Below, piece by piece: positions 1 through 9,227 of a stretch of DNA of 64,000 nucleotides. Origin of the DNA: a virus (taxonomy: Duplodnaviria > Caudoviricetes); IMG/VR virus record IMGVR_UViG_2671180089_000001, positions 32,001-96,000 of that record; one strand, written 5' to 3'. Numbering within the stretch: the first letter of the stretch is position 1; every line of letters begins with the position of its first letter. The translations under genes were made by a program, and so were the position numbers. The notes beneath the pieces are model-generated. The model saw only the letters and a list, made by a program, of their open reading frames with translations. It ran no database searches and was not told the DNA's origin.

Positions 1-1
1 A

Positions 2-250
2 ACGATCTGGGGGATGGGCATCCGCCTGCACGGGTTCGGCTTCAAAAAGACCGGCCTGCGACGCGTCGCCCACCAGCTCTACAGCAGCGACTCCATGGCC
101 TGGTCGTACAACGCCGTGAACCGGGCCCCGATGCCCGAATGCGTCGGCAAGCACGTCCACTGCGGCAACTGCCCGAAGTACGCCATCGCCTGGCGTAACG
201 CGCTCCTCAACTCCCTGCCGGACGACCCGCAGCTCCTGCTCGCCGCCTGA
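2..250 (+). CDS. DpdA / queuine tRNA-ribosyltransferase-like deazapurine DNA-modification protein, C-terminal part (5' truncated)
   Basis: LHGFGFK...SSDSMAWS (TGT-barrel LHxxG...SxDS motif) followed by a C..HxxCxNC zinc motif. The frame is open to the window edge. Confidence 0.7.
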   Translation, partial: TIWGMGIRLHGFGFKKTGLRRVAHQLYSSDSMAWSYNAVNRAPMPECVGKHVHCGNCPKYAIAWRNALLNSLPDDPQLLLAA

Positions 251-342
251 CCTCGGCAGGCCCCTGGGGCGCCCCGCACGGGCGCCCCGCCCCCCTTCGG
301 GCCGGAGAGCACCGGCCCCAACCACGAAATGAGGAACCCCCG

Positions 343-693
343 ATGACCGCCACGCGCATCTACGGCACCTGGACCACCAAGGTGAATCTGTACTCCACCG
401 GCCCCGACGCCGACGTCGACGCCGTGGTCGACGGTGGCGCCCCGGACTGGCGCGCGATGCTCGCCGACACCGGCGCCCTGGACCGCATGAAGGCCGAGTA
501 CCGCGCCGCCATCGACGCGGCCCTCCCCGGTGACGTCGCCCTGTGCGGTGAGCAGTTCTTCGGGCCGGCCGAGCCCGAGGCCGGCGAGTTCGACGGCTAC
601 CCCGTAGACGAATACGGGGCACTGGACTTCGCCGCCATGGTCGAGGAGATCGACCTCGCCGCGATCGTCGACCGGCACGACCCGGACGCGTAG
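343..693 (+). CDS. hypothetical protein
   Basis: 116 aa, GAGGAA RBS, high GC3 codon usage. Confidence 0.8.
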   Translation: MTATRIYGTWTTKVNLYSTGPDADVDAVVDGGAPDWRAMLADTGALDRMKAEYRAAIDAALPGDVALCGEQFFGPAEPEAGEFDGYPVDEYGALDFAAMVEEIDLAAIVDRHDPDA

Positions 694-808
694 CAGCTCC
701 CCACCGGGCCCCTCTGGGCCTGCCCCGCCCCCGTTCTGACACAGCCTGCCGCGGCGTGACGTTCCTCCATGCGCCCGGCGACACCGCAACGCCCCTGAAA
801 GGACACCG

Positions 809-1321
809 ATGGACCCCGTCGTCTTCACCGCGAAGGACATCAGCACCCTGCGCCAGGCCGCCCGGTTCCTACGCGCAATGGAATTGCAGCTCCCGGCCAC
901 CTCGCACGACATGACGCACACGGGCGTTCTCACGTCCGCGTTGTGGCTCGACCACCAGGCCGACGAGCTGGTCGCCGCGCCGCAGCCCGCGTCCCGGGAG
1001 ACGCGCCGCCCGATCTTCAACCACCTCGTTGCCCCCGCGGCCGGCGGGCCCGTGCTCCACGTCCAGGCAAAGGCGCTGCTCGACGAGCACGAGGCCGCCG
1101 TGCGGGCCGAGGCGCTCGCCGACCCGGAGGCCGTACGCGCCGCCGTGGCCCGCCTGAACCAGGTCGACACGGCCGCCGAGGACGACACGGCGCACCGCTG
1201 CACGCTGCCGCCCACCCGCCGCCTGCCGTGCGGCTGCTGCCCGCACGCGCTCTGCGAGGACTGCGAGCGGTGCGGCCACACGTGCACGTGCAGTCGCGCC
1301 CCCGAGGCCATGGAGAAGTAG
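809..1321 (+). CDS. hypothetical protein with Cys/His-rich C-terminus
   Basis: AAAGGA RBS; C-terminal CGCC.H..CEDCERCGHTCTC. Confidence 0.75.
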   Translation: MDPVVFTAKDISTLRQAARFLRAMELQLPATSHDMTHTGVLTSALWLDHQADELVAAPQPASRETRRPIFNHLVAPAAGGPVLHVQAKALLDEHEAAVRAEALADPEAVRAAVARLNQVDTAAEDDTAHRCTLPPTRRLPCGCCPHALCEDCERCGHTCTCSRAPEAMEK

Positions 1322-1392
1322 CCCACCGGCCGGGCGCCGCCACACACCCGGCTCCCGTCCCACCACACCGTTCCGCCGGCAGGAGATGCGAG

Positions 1393-1695
1393 ATGACGCC
1401 ATATGAACGCCTCATGGCCGAGGCCATCCCTACTGGCAGATTCGGTGACCCTGTCGGCGAGACCCGCCCTCAACGCCCTCTGATGACAACGCAGGACCAG
1501 CAGGCCGCGCGCCGCGCCGCCTTGGCCGAGGCCCAATCCGACTGGCGTCTGCCGGATGCCGCCTCCCAGCGCAAGCGCGCCCGGTCCGCCGCGGTGGCGC
1601 TCGAACGGTCCGCCGAGCGGGCCCGGGCGCGCAAGGAGTCCCGCCCGCGTCACCTGCGCATCGTGCCCGACCCGAACGACACCCAAGCCGCTTGA
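1393..1695 (+). CDS. hypothetical protein (MTPYERLMAEAIPTG...)
   Basis: AGGAG RBS before ATG 1393; 3' part of track ORF 943..1695. Confidence 0.7.
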   Translation: MTPYERLMAEAIPTGRFGDPVGETRPQRPLMTTQDQQAARRAALAEAQSDWRLPDAASQRKRARSAAVALERSAERARARKESRPRHLRIVPDPNDTQAA

Positions 1696-1722
1696 CCATC
1701 ACACGCCCAGAGAGGCACCGCC

Positions 1723-1860
1723 ATGCGCTGGAACGTCACGCCCCGCCGCAGCAAGCCGAACAGCGGCCGCTGGAGGGCCGACCGCACCGAGTACGCCCGC
1801 CGCCGGCCGTGGCCGCTCGAGCTGCCCGGTCTGTCCGTCCCCCGCCCCGCCTGCGCCTGA
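1723..1860 (+). CDS. small hypothetical protein (45 aa, MRWNVTPRRSKPNSG...)
   Basis: AGAGG RBS, fills the gap in a co-directional run; not in the ORF track. Confidence 0.45.
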   Translation: MRWNVTPRRSKPNSGRWRADRTEYARRRPWPLELPGLSVPRPACA

Positions 1861-1896
1861 CCGTCCGCCTGATTACCACCGCACTAGGAGAAGCCC

Positions 1897-2535
1897 ATGC
1901 CCAGCACCACCCCGGCCGAGCCCAGCCGGCTGATCTACCCGTACGGCTACGTCGACGGCCAGAACCACCGCCTGCTCCTGCGCACCGCGGTCGATGGGAA
2001 CGGGCAGCCGTACGTGTGGGTGGAGGCCGAGAACCTCGCGGCCGGAGGCGACACCGCGGCCGTGTGGCTGTCGCTCGAGCAGGCCGCCAGCCTCCGCGCC
2101 GCCCTCGGCGAGGGCCAGGCGCACCACGTCACCGACTACACGGGCGACACCCTGACCGTGCTGCCGGGCAGTGCGTGGACCACCTTCGAGGTATCCCGGC
2201 AGGCGAACGACGACGACGAGGCCGCCGCGGTGCGCGTCGTCGTCCTCACCGGCCGGCTCCCGGAGCTGCGCGAGGCGCTCGCCATGACCGCGCAGTTCGC
2301 GCAGCAGCGCATAGCCGCAGGCGAGCAGAAGCCGCACGTGCTCACCCCGGCCGAGCACGACCGGGCGTGGCACGCAATCGAGGGCGCCGCGGGGGAGCCT
2401 GGGGCCGACCCGGGCACGATCCTGCGGGCCGTCCTCGGCGCGCTGCAGATCCTGCCGCCCAGCGCCGAGGACTGGCAGGCCGCCCGCGAGGACCTGCACC
2501 GCCGCGTGGGCAGGAGGTCGCCCGATGGCCAGTAA
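1897..2535 (+). CDS. hypothetical protein
   Basis: AGGAGA RBS, 212 aa, typical codon bias. Confidence 0.8.
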   Translation: MPSTTPAEPSRLIYPYGYVDGQNHRLLLRTAVDGNGQPYVWVEAENLAAGGDTAAVWLSLEQAASLRAALGEGQAHHVTDYTGDTLTVLPGSAWTTFEVSRQANDDDEAAAVRVVVLTGRLPELREALAMTAQFAQQRIAAGEQKPHVLTPAEHDRAWHAIEGAAGEPGADPGTILRAVLGALQILPPSAEDWQAAREDLHRRVGRRSPDGQ

Positions 2536-2570
2536 GGCAGTCGAGGGCGGGTACGGCAGGAGGCAGCGCC

Positions 2571-3113
2571 GTGGGTGACTGGTTCGGCGTCGGCTTGACC
2601 GACTACTACGACCCGGGCGACTGCCACACCGGCGACGTCTGGCACACCCCCGGGACGCCCGTACGCGCTGATGACGACTTCGTCTTCTTCTTCGACGAGC
2701 TCGGCCGCCGGCAGCCGGTGGAGCACTGGTCGGACCTGCTCTTTCAGTCGACTTGGTGGCAGGACGCCGAGCGGAGCATCTGGCGCCTGGACGAGCTCGA
2801 CGAGATGCGGTGCAGCCGGATCTACGGGTTCGCGGCCCGGCGCGAGGAGGAGACCGGCACGCTCCTCGCCTGGGAGGCGACTCGCGGGCCGGTGCCGAAC
2901 GGGGACGTGGCGTTCGACGCGTACGACCGTGGTCTGGGGCAGCTCCTGGACATGGTCGGTGAGCACGGGTGGATTCACCGCACTGAGCTGATGGTCGCCC
3001 TGCAGCGCCGCATGCGCGGGTGGCCCGCGATCGAGGGGACGTGCTTCTGCGGCTACCCCGTCGCCGAGGGCTGGGACCACGGCGCGTGCCACGCCGGAAT
3101 GGAGATCGCCTGA
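2571..3113 (+). CDS. hypothetical protein
   Basis: AGGAGG RBS before GTG 2571; 3' part of track ORF 1692..3113. Confidence 0.75.
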   Translation: MGDWFGVGLTDYYDPGDCHTGDVWHTPGTPVRADDDFVFFFDELGRRQPVEHWSDLLFQSTWWQDAERSIWRLDELDEMRCSRIYGFAARREEETGTLLAWEATRGPVPNGDVAFDAYDRGLGQLLDMVGEHGWIHRTELMVALQRRMRGWPAIEGTCFCGYPVAEGWDHGACHAGMEIA

Positions 3114-3162
3114 CAGCTGGCAACTCGGTGAACTGCCGTATGCTGCACACCAGTTTCATGCG

Positions 3163-3201
3163 CACGGAGGCCCGGCCACCAACATTGGCCGGGCCTCCGT
3201 G
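3163..3201. terminator. bidirectional stem-loop terminator
   Basis: 16-bp perfect stem cacggaggcccggcca/tggccgggcctccgtg between convergent genes. Confidence 0.8.
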
Positions 3202-3219
3202 TTATGCGGACGCTGAGCG

Positions 3220-4158
3220 CTACTTGAGCGCCTCTCTGGCGGCCTTCCTGGTGGCCTTCTCCGCCTCCTGCATCCGCTCGAGGACCGCGTCGTAAACGGT
3301 GGTGTCCTCCGGGTCGGCGAACGCCTCCATGAGCCGAAGGGTCACCTCCGAGCGGGAGATCCGGGGACGGTTGAGGGCGTCTGCGATCTTGATGGCGGTC
3401 CTGTCGACGGCCCGGGTCACCGCGGGCGGGATCGCGCGGGAGACCGGCGGCTGGATCTCCTCGACGAGCACGCCCTTGATGGTCTTCGCCAGGGCGTCGA
3501 CGTCCTCGTCCTCGTCGAGCTTGAGGTCGCCCGGCAGCATCTTGACGGTGTTGCGGAGCCGCTCGGCGGTGACCTGGTCCGGGCCCCAGGAGTCGGCGAC
3601 CAGGACGTACACCGCGACGGCCGCGTTCAGATTGAAGGCGTTTTTGACCGGGACGATCTCACGGACCTGACCGGGGTTGACGTCGTAGCTGCGAGCGGCG
3701 AGGACTTCTCCGATCGCCCAGCCGGCGCGCAGCTTGCTGCACTTGCCAACTGAGATGCCTTTCTCCAGGGGCGCCCACTCCTCGATGGTGCGGTAGGTCC
3801 GCTCCGGCTCTAGCTTGTGTGGGGTGTCCCGAAACAGCTTGCCAGTGGCGATGGTGTCGAGGGCTTTGCCCTGGATGAACCAGGCTGTGTTGCCCAGGTC
3901 GACGCCCTCGAGGCACTCCTCGTACCGCGTCCGTTCCTCGTCGGTGAGCGCGCCCTCCCCGGCGGGCTCGACCGGGTCGGGGATCTTGTGGAGGCCAGGT
4001 CGGGCCTCCTCGACGGCGGTTTCGACGGCCTTCTCTATGGTCGCCTGGCGGTCCGCTTCGACGGCCTTGGAGCCCTCGGCCAACTTGCCTTTGCCGCGGC
4101 GCCGGGCCGAGCCCCAGCTCGCGTCTTGCGCCCACGCCTCCTTCTTGTCGTCGCTCAC
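3220..4158 (-). CDS. putative partition protein, ParA partner (atypical ParB-like)
   Basis: GTG start overlaps the parA stop (GTGA coupling); 312 aa; no canonical GxxRxxA motif seen. Confidence 0.65.
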   Translation of the reverse strand: MSDDKKEAWAQDASWGSARRRGKGKLAEGSKAVEADRQATIEKAVETAVEEARPGLHKIPDPVEPAGEGALTDEERTRYEECLEGVDLGNTAWFIQGKALDTIATGKLFRDTPHKLEPERTYRTIEEWAPLEKGISVGKCSKLRAGWAIGEVLAARSYDVNPGQVREIVPVKNAFNLNAAVAVYVLVADSWGPDQVTAERLRNTVKMLPGDLKLDEDEDVDALAKTIKGVLVEEIQPPVSRAIPPAVTRAVDRTAIKIADALNRPRISRSEVTLRLMEAFADPEDTTVYDAVLERMQEAEKATRKAAREALK

Positions 4159-4994
4159 GCGGCATCCACCAGCCCGGCCTTGACCGCGATCGTGCGGAAG
4201 AACTCGGCGGTGTCCGACTTCGGCCGGTACATCTGGACCGGCTTGCCCTCGGCCTCTGCTTCGCCCAGGTCGGCGCCGCGGAACGGAATCTCGACGAGGG
4301 GCGCCAGGTCGGGGTGGCTGCGGAGCTGCTTCAGGATCACCTTGTTGTACTCCCCGCGCCCGTACAGGGCGAGGCTGATAACCATGCCGAGTTCGTGGAA
4401 GTCGTCGCGCTCGAGTTCTTCCATGATGCCCTCGTGCTGGTCGAGCTGGGAGCCGACAGCCTTCATCGCCCACTTGTGGGTATTGGCCATCATGAGGGCG
4501 CCGTGTGCCGCAGCGGTAATCGAGCTGGTGTCCGTGTCGATGGCCGGTCGGGTGTCGATCAGGATGTAGTCGTACTCGCCCTCGAAGTGGGCGAGCATCT
4601 TCCTGTGCGCGTGGAGCGCGTTGCCTCGCTCGCGCAGGCGCGCGGGGAGGAACGTCAGGTCGAGGCTGGACGGCAGGACGTGAATCAGCTCGAACGGCTT
4701 GGCGACCAGCGGGTGCGGGTCGAGACCCTTCAAGAGGCAGTCGGTCTGTGTGGGGCCCTCGTCCTCGTCGAGTCCGTCGAGCTTGAACCCGTCGGTGAGG
4801 TTCATGGACGGGTCGCCGTCCACGATCAGGACTCGCATGCCGTAGGAGGCGAGCGCGCCGGCGAGGTTCATGGTGGTCGTCGTCTTGCCGACGCCGCCCT
4901 TCTGGTTGCACATCGCGATGATGCGCGTCATCGTCGCGGGTCCGGTGAAGGGCCCGTAGCGGAGCCGTTCAATCTCGGCTGCTGATGTCGTCAT
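4155..4994 (-). CDS. parA: ParA family partition ATPase
   Basis: NQKGGVGKTT deviant Walker A, VLIVDGDP, YDYILIDT. Confidence 0.95.
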   Translation of the reverse strand: MTTSAAEIERLRYGPFTGPATMTRIIAMCNQKGGVGKTTTTMNLAGALASYGMRVLIVDGDPSMNLTDGFKLDGLDEDEGPTQTDCLLKGLDPHPLVAKPFELIHVLPSSLDLTFLPARLRERGNALHAHRKMLAHFEGEYDYILIDTRPAIDTDTSSITAAAHGALMMANTHKWAMKAVGSQLDQHEGIMEELERDDFHELGMVISLALYGRGEYNKVILKQLRSHPDLAPLVEIPFRGADLGEAEAEGKPVQMYRPKSDTAEFFRTIAVKAGLVDAA

Positions 4995-5068
4995 GAGAGG
5001 GACGATAGTCAGACCGTCGCCATGTTTCGGGCAGTGAGCCCGTATAGGTACCGGCGGCGGCACGTGAT

Positions 5069-5099
5069 AGGGCCCCGAACGTCACCCGTACGGGGCCCT
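5069..5099. terminator. stem-loop downstream of the prenyltransferase operon
   Basis: agggccccg ... cggggccct inverted repeat. Confidence 0.5.
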
Positions 5100-5105
5100 G
5101 GAGAA

Positions 5106-5133
5106 TTGCCCAATTGGGCAAGAATGATCTTGG
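5106..5133 (+). repeat. palindromic 28-bp motif, copy 1 (candidate parS / par operator)
   Basis: TTGCCCAATTGGGCAA palindrome plus GAATGATCTTGG, upstream of parA; recurs at 44537 and 52202. Confidence 0.75.
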
Positions 5134-5874
5134 TTACCTGCCGAAGGTGCGGCGCTGCGCGGCGTGGACGGCGAGCGCCTCCTCGAGGGCCTGTCCGTCG
5201 TAGTCGGGCCAGTGCCGGTCCTCGAAGTGCAGCGTGGCGTCCGCGGCCTGGTAGAGCAGGAAGCCGGACAGGCGGCGCTCTCCGCTGCTGCGGATGATGA
5301 GTTCGGGGTCGGGCAGGCCTGCGGTGGAGAGGAAGTCGTCCAAGGGCAGCTCCTGGCGCCCGTCGTAGTTGGGGGCGGTCAGGGACCGGGCGACGGCCTG
5401 GCGGACGTCGGCGCGGCCGTCGTAGCCGATGCCCAGGCAGACGGTCATGCCCTGGCGGTCGGCCGTGAGTCGTTCTGTCCGCTCGATCGCGGCCAGGAGC
5501 CGGCCGGGGACGAGGTAGAGGCCGGAGAGCTGGGAGAGAACTCGGACGGGGCCGGTGGAGACGGCCGCCTCAGTGTCGAGCAGGTCGACCAGCACATCGG
5601 TGAGGGCCTTGACCTGGGCTTCGGGGCGACCGAAGTTCCGCTCGGACATCAGGAAGACGGAGGCGGCCCCGACGCCGAGGGCGCGGCAGTGTTCGAGGAT
5701 CTGGTGGACGACGGCCGTGCCCTGCCGGTAGCCCTCTTCGACGGTGAGGCCGTGGGCGGTGGCCCAGCGGCGGTTGCCGTCGGCGATGAAGCCGATGTGG
5801 CGGGGGACGTCGAGGCGGTCAACGGCGGGCGCGGGAGCGGGAAGCGTCTGCATGGGCCGGAGGAGTACAGGCAT
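5134..5874 (-). CDS. cis-prenyltransferase (UppS-like polyprenyl diphosphate synthase)
   Basis: PRHIGFIADGNRRWA, SERNFGR, DPELIIRSSGERRLSGFLLYQ, WPDY motifs. Confidence 0.93.
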   Translation of the reverse strand: MPVLLRPMQTLPAPAPAVDRLDVPRHIGFIADGNRRWATAHGLTVEEGYRQGTAVVHQILEHCRALGVGAASVFLMSERNFGRPEAQVKALTDVLVDLLDTEAAVSTGPVRVLSQLSGLYLVPGRLLAAIERTERLTADRQGMTVCLGIGYDGRADVRQAVARSLTAPNYDGRQELPLDDFLSTAGLPDPELIIRSSGERRLSGFLLYQAADATLHFEDRHWPDYDGQALEEALAVHAAQRRTFGR

Positions 5875-5887
5875 GGCGGTCTTTACG

Positions 5888-6505
5888 TCATCCGGTGAGC
5901 GCGGCGAAGACCGCACCGGCGGTTGCGGTGCCCGCGGCGGCGCCGGCGATTGTCTGGGCGAGGGTGTGGTCGCGCAGGGAAATACGGGACCAGGCGATGA
6001 CGGCGACGAGCGGGTAGGCGAGCCAGACGAGCGGCCCCCAGGTGAGGGCGAGCATCGCCAGGGCGCCGCCGGCGACCGCGGTGTGCACGCTGATTTTCCA
6101 GAGCGCGGTGACCGGCAGTAGGACCGCGAGGGTGGCGAGCATCGCGACGACCAGGGCGACCATGTCGGTCGGGGCGTCGAGCCAGAGCATGCCGCCGATG
6201 CCGAGGCCGACCAACGCCATGATCACGGGGATGAGGATCATCCGGCGCTGTCGCTGCCCGATGTGCCGGTCGGCCCACATGCCCTTGCGCATGCCGTACT
6301 TGATGAAGGCCATGGGCAGGACCGCGGCGAACACGATGGCCTCGAGCGCCCAGAGCGCCCCGGTGATCGGGTTGTTCTGGGCCAGGCCGACGCCGAGGCT
6401 CACCCCGATGATGACGTTGCGCGGCTCCATTCCGTCGGTGATGAGGCGGGCCGCGCGGTTCTCCTCGCGGGCCGGGGTAGGAGCGGCGGTCGTGGTGCTG
6501 GTCAT
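5888..6505 (-). CDS. PAP2-like phosphatase-family membrane protein
   Basis: Multiple TM segments; WKISVH and WSRISLRDHT (C2/C3-like PAP2 motifs). Confidence 0.7.
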   Translation of the reverse strand: MTSTTTAAPTPAREENRAARLITDGMEPRNVIIGVSLGVGLAQNNPITGALWALEAIVFAAVLPMAFIKYGMRKGMWADRHIGQRQRRMILIPVIMALVGLGIGGMLWLDAPTDMVALVVAMLATLAVLLPVTALWKISVHTAVAGGALAMLALTWGPLVWLAYPLVAVIAWSRISLRDHTLAQTIAGAAAGTATAGAVFAALTG

Positions 6506-7788
6506 ACGGCGACTTCCTGGGGAGCTTGCCGGCCGGAGAGCTCGGCGGCCGCTTCGGCGAGGCTGGGCGAGGTGTAGTGGTGAGCGACCCGGGCGAGCCA
6601 TGCTGCGTTCGCCAACAGGTCGTTGTGCATGGGCATCTGGGAGCCGGCCGCGTACGTGGCGGGCTCCTCGCCCTCGACCGCCTTCCTGCGGGCGACGCGC
6701 AGGGTGATGGCCTCCCGGGCGGCGCGGGCGTCGTCGCCGCGCAGGCCTGCGCTGTGGGCGATGTCGAGGGCCTGGCGGTGGACGTCCTGGCTGATCCAGG
6801 GCAGGAGGGTGAACCACGCGTCGGAAATGTCGACGACGCGCTTGTCGAGCCGGTCGTACAGGTCGCGGGCCCGGCGCCGTTCCTCGCGCGGCGAGTCGGT
6901 CTCCTGAAGGCGGCGCAGGATGACGTCCGATGGGAGGACGGAGACGAGTTCCTCCCACAGCGGGCGCAGGGCGAGCAGGCCGTGGCGGTGCTGGAGCGCG
7001 CGGATGAGTAGCTCGGCGGCGCGTACGGAGCTGCCGATGATGACCAGGAGGATTGTCACCATCTGGAGCAGGGATCCGCCGCGGTGGAACTCGCCCTCGC
7101 TGAGGGGGAACGTCCAGTCGGTGAAGCCGCAGACCAGGAACGAGAGCCGGTAGACGGGGTAGAAGGTGCCTGTCCCGGCCCCCGCGGCCATCAGGCGCAT
7201 GCACAGCCGCAGAAGCCGGTCGTCGGTGCGCCGAGCAACAGTGAGGCAGAGCAGCGCCGAGGGGGCCAGGGCCGCACCCATGGTCAGCAGGTACAGCGCC
7301 AGGTGCACCGTGCCGGCAACGTTGCCGTACTGGGCGCTCGCGAAGTCGGCGGATCCGTCGGGGGCGATGACGGAGGGGGAGGAGAACGGGAAGACAAGGG
7401 AGGCCGCGATGCTGGTTCCGAGCAGGAAGACCATGCGGGGTTTGAAGGAGACCCAGCGGCGCCAGGCCGGTTCCTCCTCCAGGGGTGGTACGACCGACTC
7501 GACCCATCCCACCAGGAGAATGCAGGCGACCATCACGGCCAGGTGCTTGGGGAGCACCGCGGCGTCGTGAAGGCCGGTGTGCTGGTTCAGGAAGTCCTCG
7601 ATGAACGACAGGCGCAGCGTGGCGCCGGCCGCGAGGGCGGCAAAGGTCGCAAGGATCGCCCGCTTCCCGCTCGTCCGTGCCGTGTCGCGATCCTGCTTGC
7701 GGTCGCGGATCTCCTGATAGGTGCGGATGCCGACCACCAGCCAGAGCGGGATGGTGGTGAACAAGTCAATGACGTCGTCGGTAGGCAC
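6502..7788 (-). CDS. MAB_1171c-family membrane protein (about 7 TM plus C-terminal DUF6545-like domain)
   Basis: TM N-terminal half, then LRPLWEEL...LDKRVVDISDA...AAWLARVA; downstream of an XRE/peptidase pair. Confidence 0.8.
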   Translation of the reverse strand: MPTDDVIDLFTTIPLWLVVGIRTYQEIRDRKQDRDTARTSGKRAILATFAALAAGATLRLSFIEDFLNQHTGLHDAAVLPKHLAVMVACILLVGWVESVVPPLEEEPAWRRWVSFKPRMVFLLGTSIAASLVFPFSSPSVIAPDGSADFASAQYGNVAGTVHLALYLLTMGAALAPSALLCLTVARRTDDRLLRLCMRLMAAGAGTGTFYPVYRLSFLVCGFTDWTFPLSEGEFHRGGSLLQMVTILLVIIGSSVRAAELLIRALQHRHGLLALRPLWEELVSVLPSDVILRRLQETDSPREERRRARDLYDRLDKRVVDISDAWFTLLPWISQDVHRQALDIAHSAGLRGDDARAAREAITLRVARRKAVEGEEPATYAAGSQMPMHNDLLANAAWLARVAHHYTSPSLAEAAAELSGRQAPQEVAV

Positions 7789-7813
7789 GGGGGCTCTCAG
7801 CGGCAGGTGGGGG

Positions 7814-8347
7814 TCACAGGCTGTGGTGCAGCCGGTCGACCAAGGGGTCGTGGTGGCGGGTGTCGCGGGCCTGCTCGGCAGCCTGCCGGCGCAGCAGGTA
7901 GGCGAACCCTTCAGCCTCATTCTCGATCCGGACGTACTCGGGATCCTGGGGCCCCTCGTGCGAACGGGCCCGGCCGAACAGACAGCCGTCGAGGAAGTCG
8001 GGGCCGAGGAACTCGTACGGCTTCGGCTTGACGGGCAGGAGGAGCGGCTTGTGGCCCATCTCCTGGTGGCCCCACTCGTGGCCGAGGTTGTGCACCGCGG
8101 CGGAGCCCGTGAGGGCAGCGTCCACCCAGACGGCGTCCGGGCCGTCGCCAGGGCGTTGGACCCACAAGGCGTTCGCATGCAGGCCGGGGATGGGTGAGGG
8201 CCCGCGCAGCAGCTCCAGAAGGCGTCCGTAGCGGAGCTGGTAGCGCTCCTGCATCAACGCGAACAGCGTGTCGAACGTCAGCGGGGACGGGAGGGTGACG
8301 GCGGCAAGGGCCTGGCGGATCTTGCGGTCATGGGCGGATTGGATCAC
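7814..8347 (-). CDS. ImmA/IrrE-like HEXXH metallopeptidase-domain protein
   Basis: HNLGHEWGH and ENEAEGFA motifs. Confidence 0.8.
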   Translation of the reverse strand: MIQSAHDRKIRQALAAVTLPSPLTFDTLFALMQERYQLRYGRLLELLRGPSPIPGLHANALWVQRPGDGPDAVWVDAALTGSAAVHNLGHEWGHQEMGHKPLLLPVKPKPYEFLGPDFLDGCLFGRARSHEGPQDPEYVRIENEAEGFAYLLRRQAAEQARDTRHHDPLVDRLHHSL

Positions 8348-8388
8348 CGGATTTGGACACCTGCAGGGGGACTAGTCGGTGGACGGGA

Positions 8389-8901
8389 CTACTGGAAAGG
8401 GCCGGTCTCGCTCTCCATCGCCTCGAGCTGCGCGAGCTGCTCGGCGTACCGGGCGACACGCGCCTGCCCGGCAGGGGACAGCCTGCGGGTTGTCCGGGCA
8501 AGGACACGAATCTCCGGAGGCTCCGGATCTTCGCTCTGCGTTGGACGTCTGGCGTCGAGGAAGCGTTGCACTTCCTCCACCACCTTCCTGGATGTCTCGC
8601 TGCCCGTGGCTTTGAAGACGTCCAGGGGGAGGCCGAAGAAGTCGGCGAGTATGGACGCCACCTCGATCCCGGGGTTCTTCACGGTGCCGTTGCGGAGCCG
8701 GCGGATGTGCTCATTCGTGATGGTTCCGGCCCCGAACTTCTTGTTGATCGCGTCGGCGATCTCCGTGTTCGTGGGCTCGATGAACTCACCGGGTCTGGTC
8801 GGGTCCTCCTTGGCCTGGGCCTTGAGAAGAAGGCCGAGCACGTCCTGGAACGTGTGGACCTGCGCGCTGGCAGCGTCCTGGGCATGGGGGTCTGCAGTCA
8901 C
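8389..8901 (-). CDS. XRE-family (EspR-like) HTH transcriptional regulator
   Basis: TNTEIADAI...ITNEHIRRLRNGTVKNPGIEVASILADFFG. Confidence 0.88.
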   Translation of the reverse strand: MTADPHAQDAASAQVHTFQDVLGLLLKAQAKEDPTRPGEFIEPTNTEIADAINKKFGAGTITNEHIRRLRNGTVKNPGIEVASILADFFGLPLDVFKATGSETSRKVVEEVQRFLDARRPTQSEDPEPPEIRVLARTTRRLSPAGQARVARYAEQLAQLEAMESETGPFQ

Positions 8902-9227
8902 GGTGGAGTGATCTTCCTTGGCGGGATGGTGATGGCCTCACCCTAACTGTCATCCACCGATCGTTTGATGGAACACAAGTTTCAACCACAGATTGTTTGA
9001 CGTTTCACCCTTCGACCATCTTTGATGGTTCGCGAAACAGCGCGCTCGGCCGGTTACCGGCCGTGCGCACCCGTGCAGTCATCGCCACAGGTCGCGCCCA
9101 GGAAGGCATCTCGTGCTACCGCACCCCTCGTATCGCTCCGTGCGCCTCATCAAGCGCATGATTCCGCCGCTCTGACCTCTGCACACGCTAGCCGGTTTCG
9201 AACTAGCATTCGAAAACGTGCTACCTG

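Noticed and set aside
79-3165. Long ORFs 79-1686 (-), 1873-3165 (-) and full-length 1692-3113 (+)
   Set aside because: They overlap shorter plus-strand genes that have good RBSs, and their translations are Arg/Gly/Pro-rich off-frame sequence.
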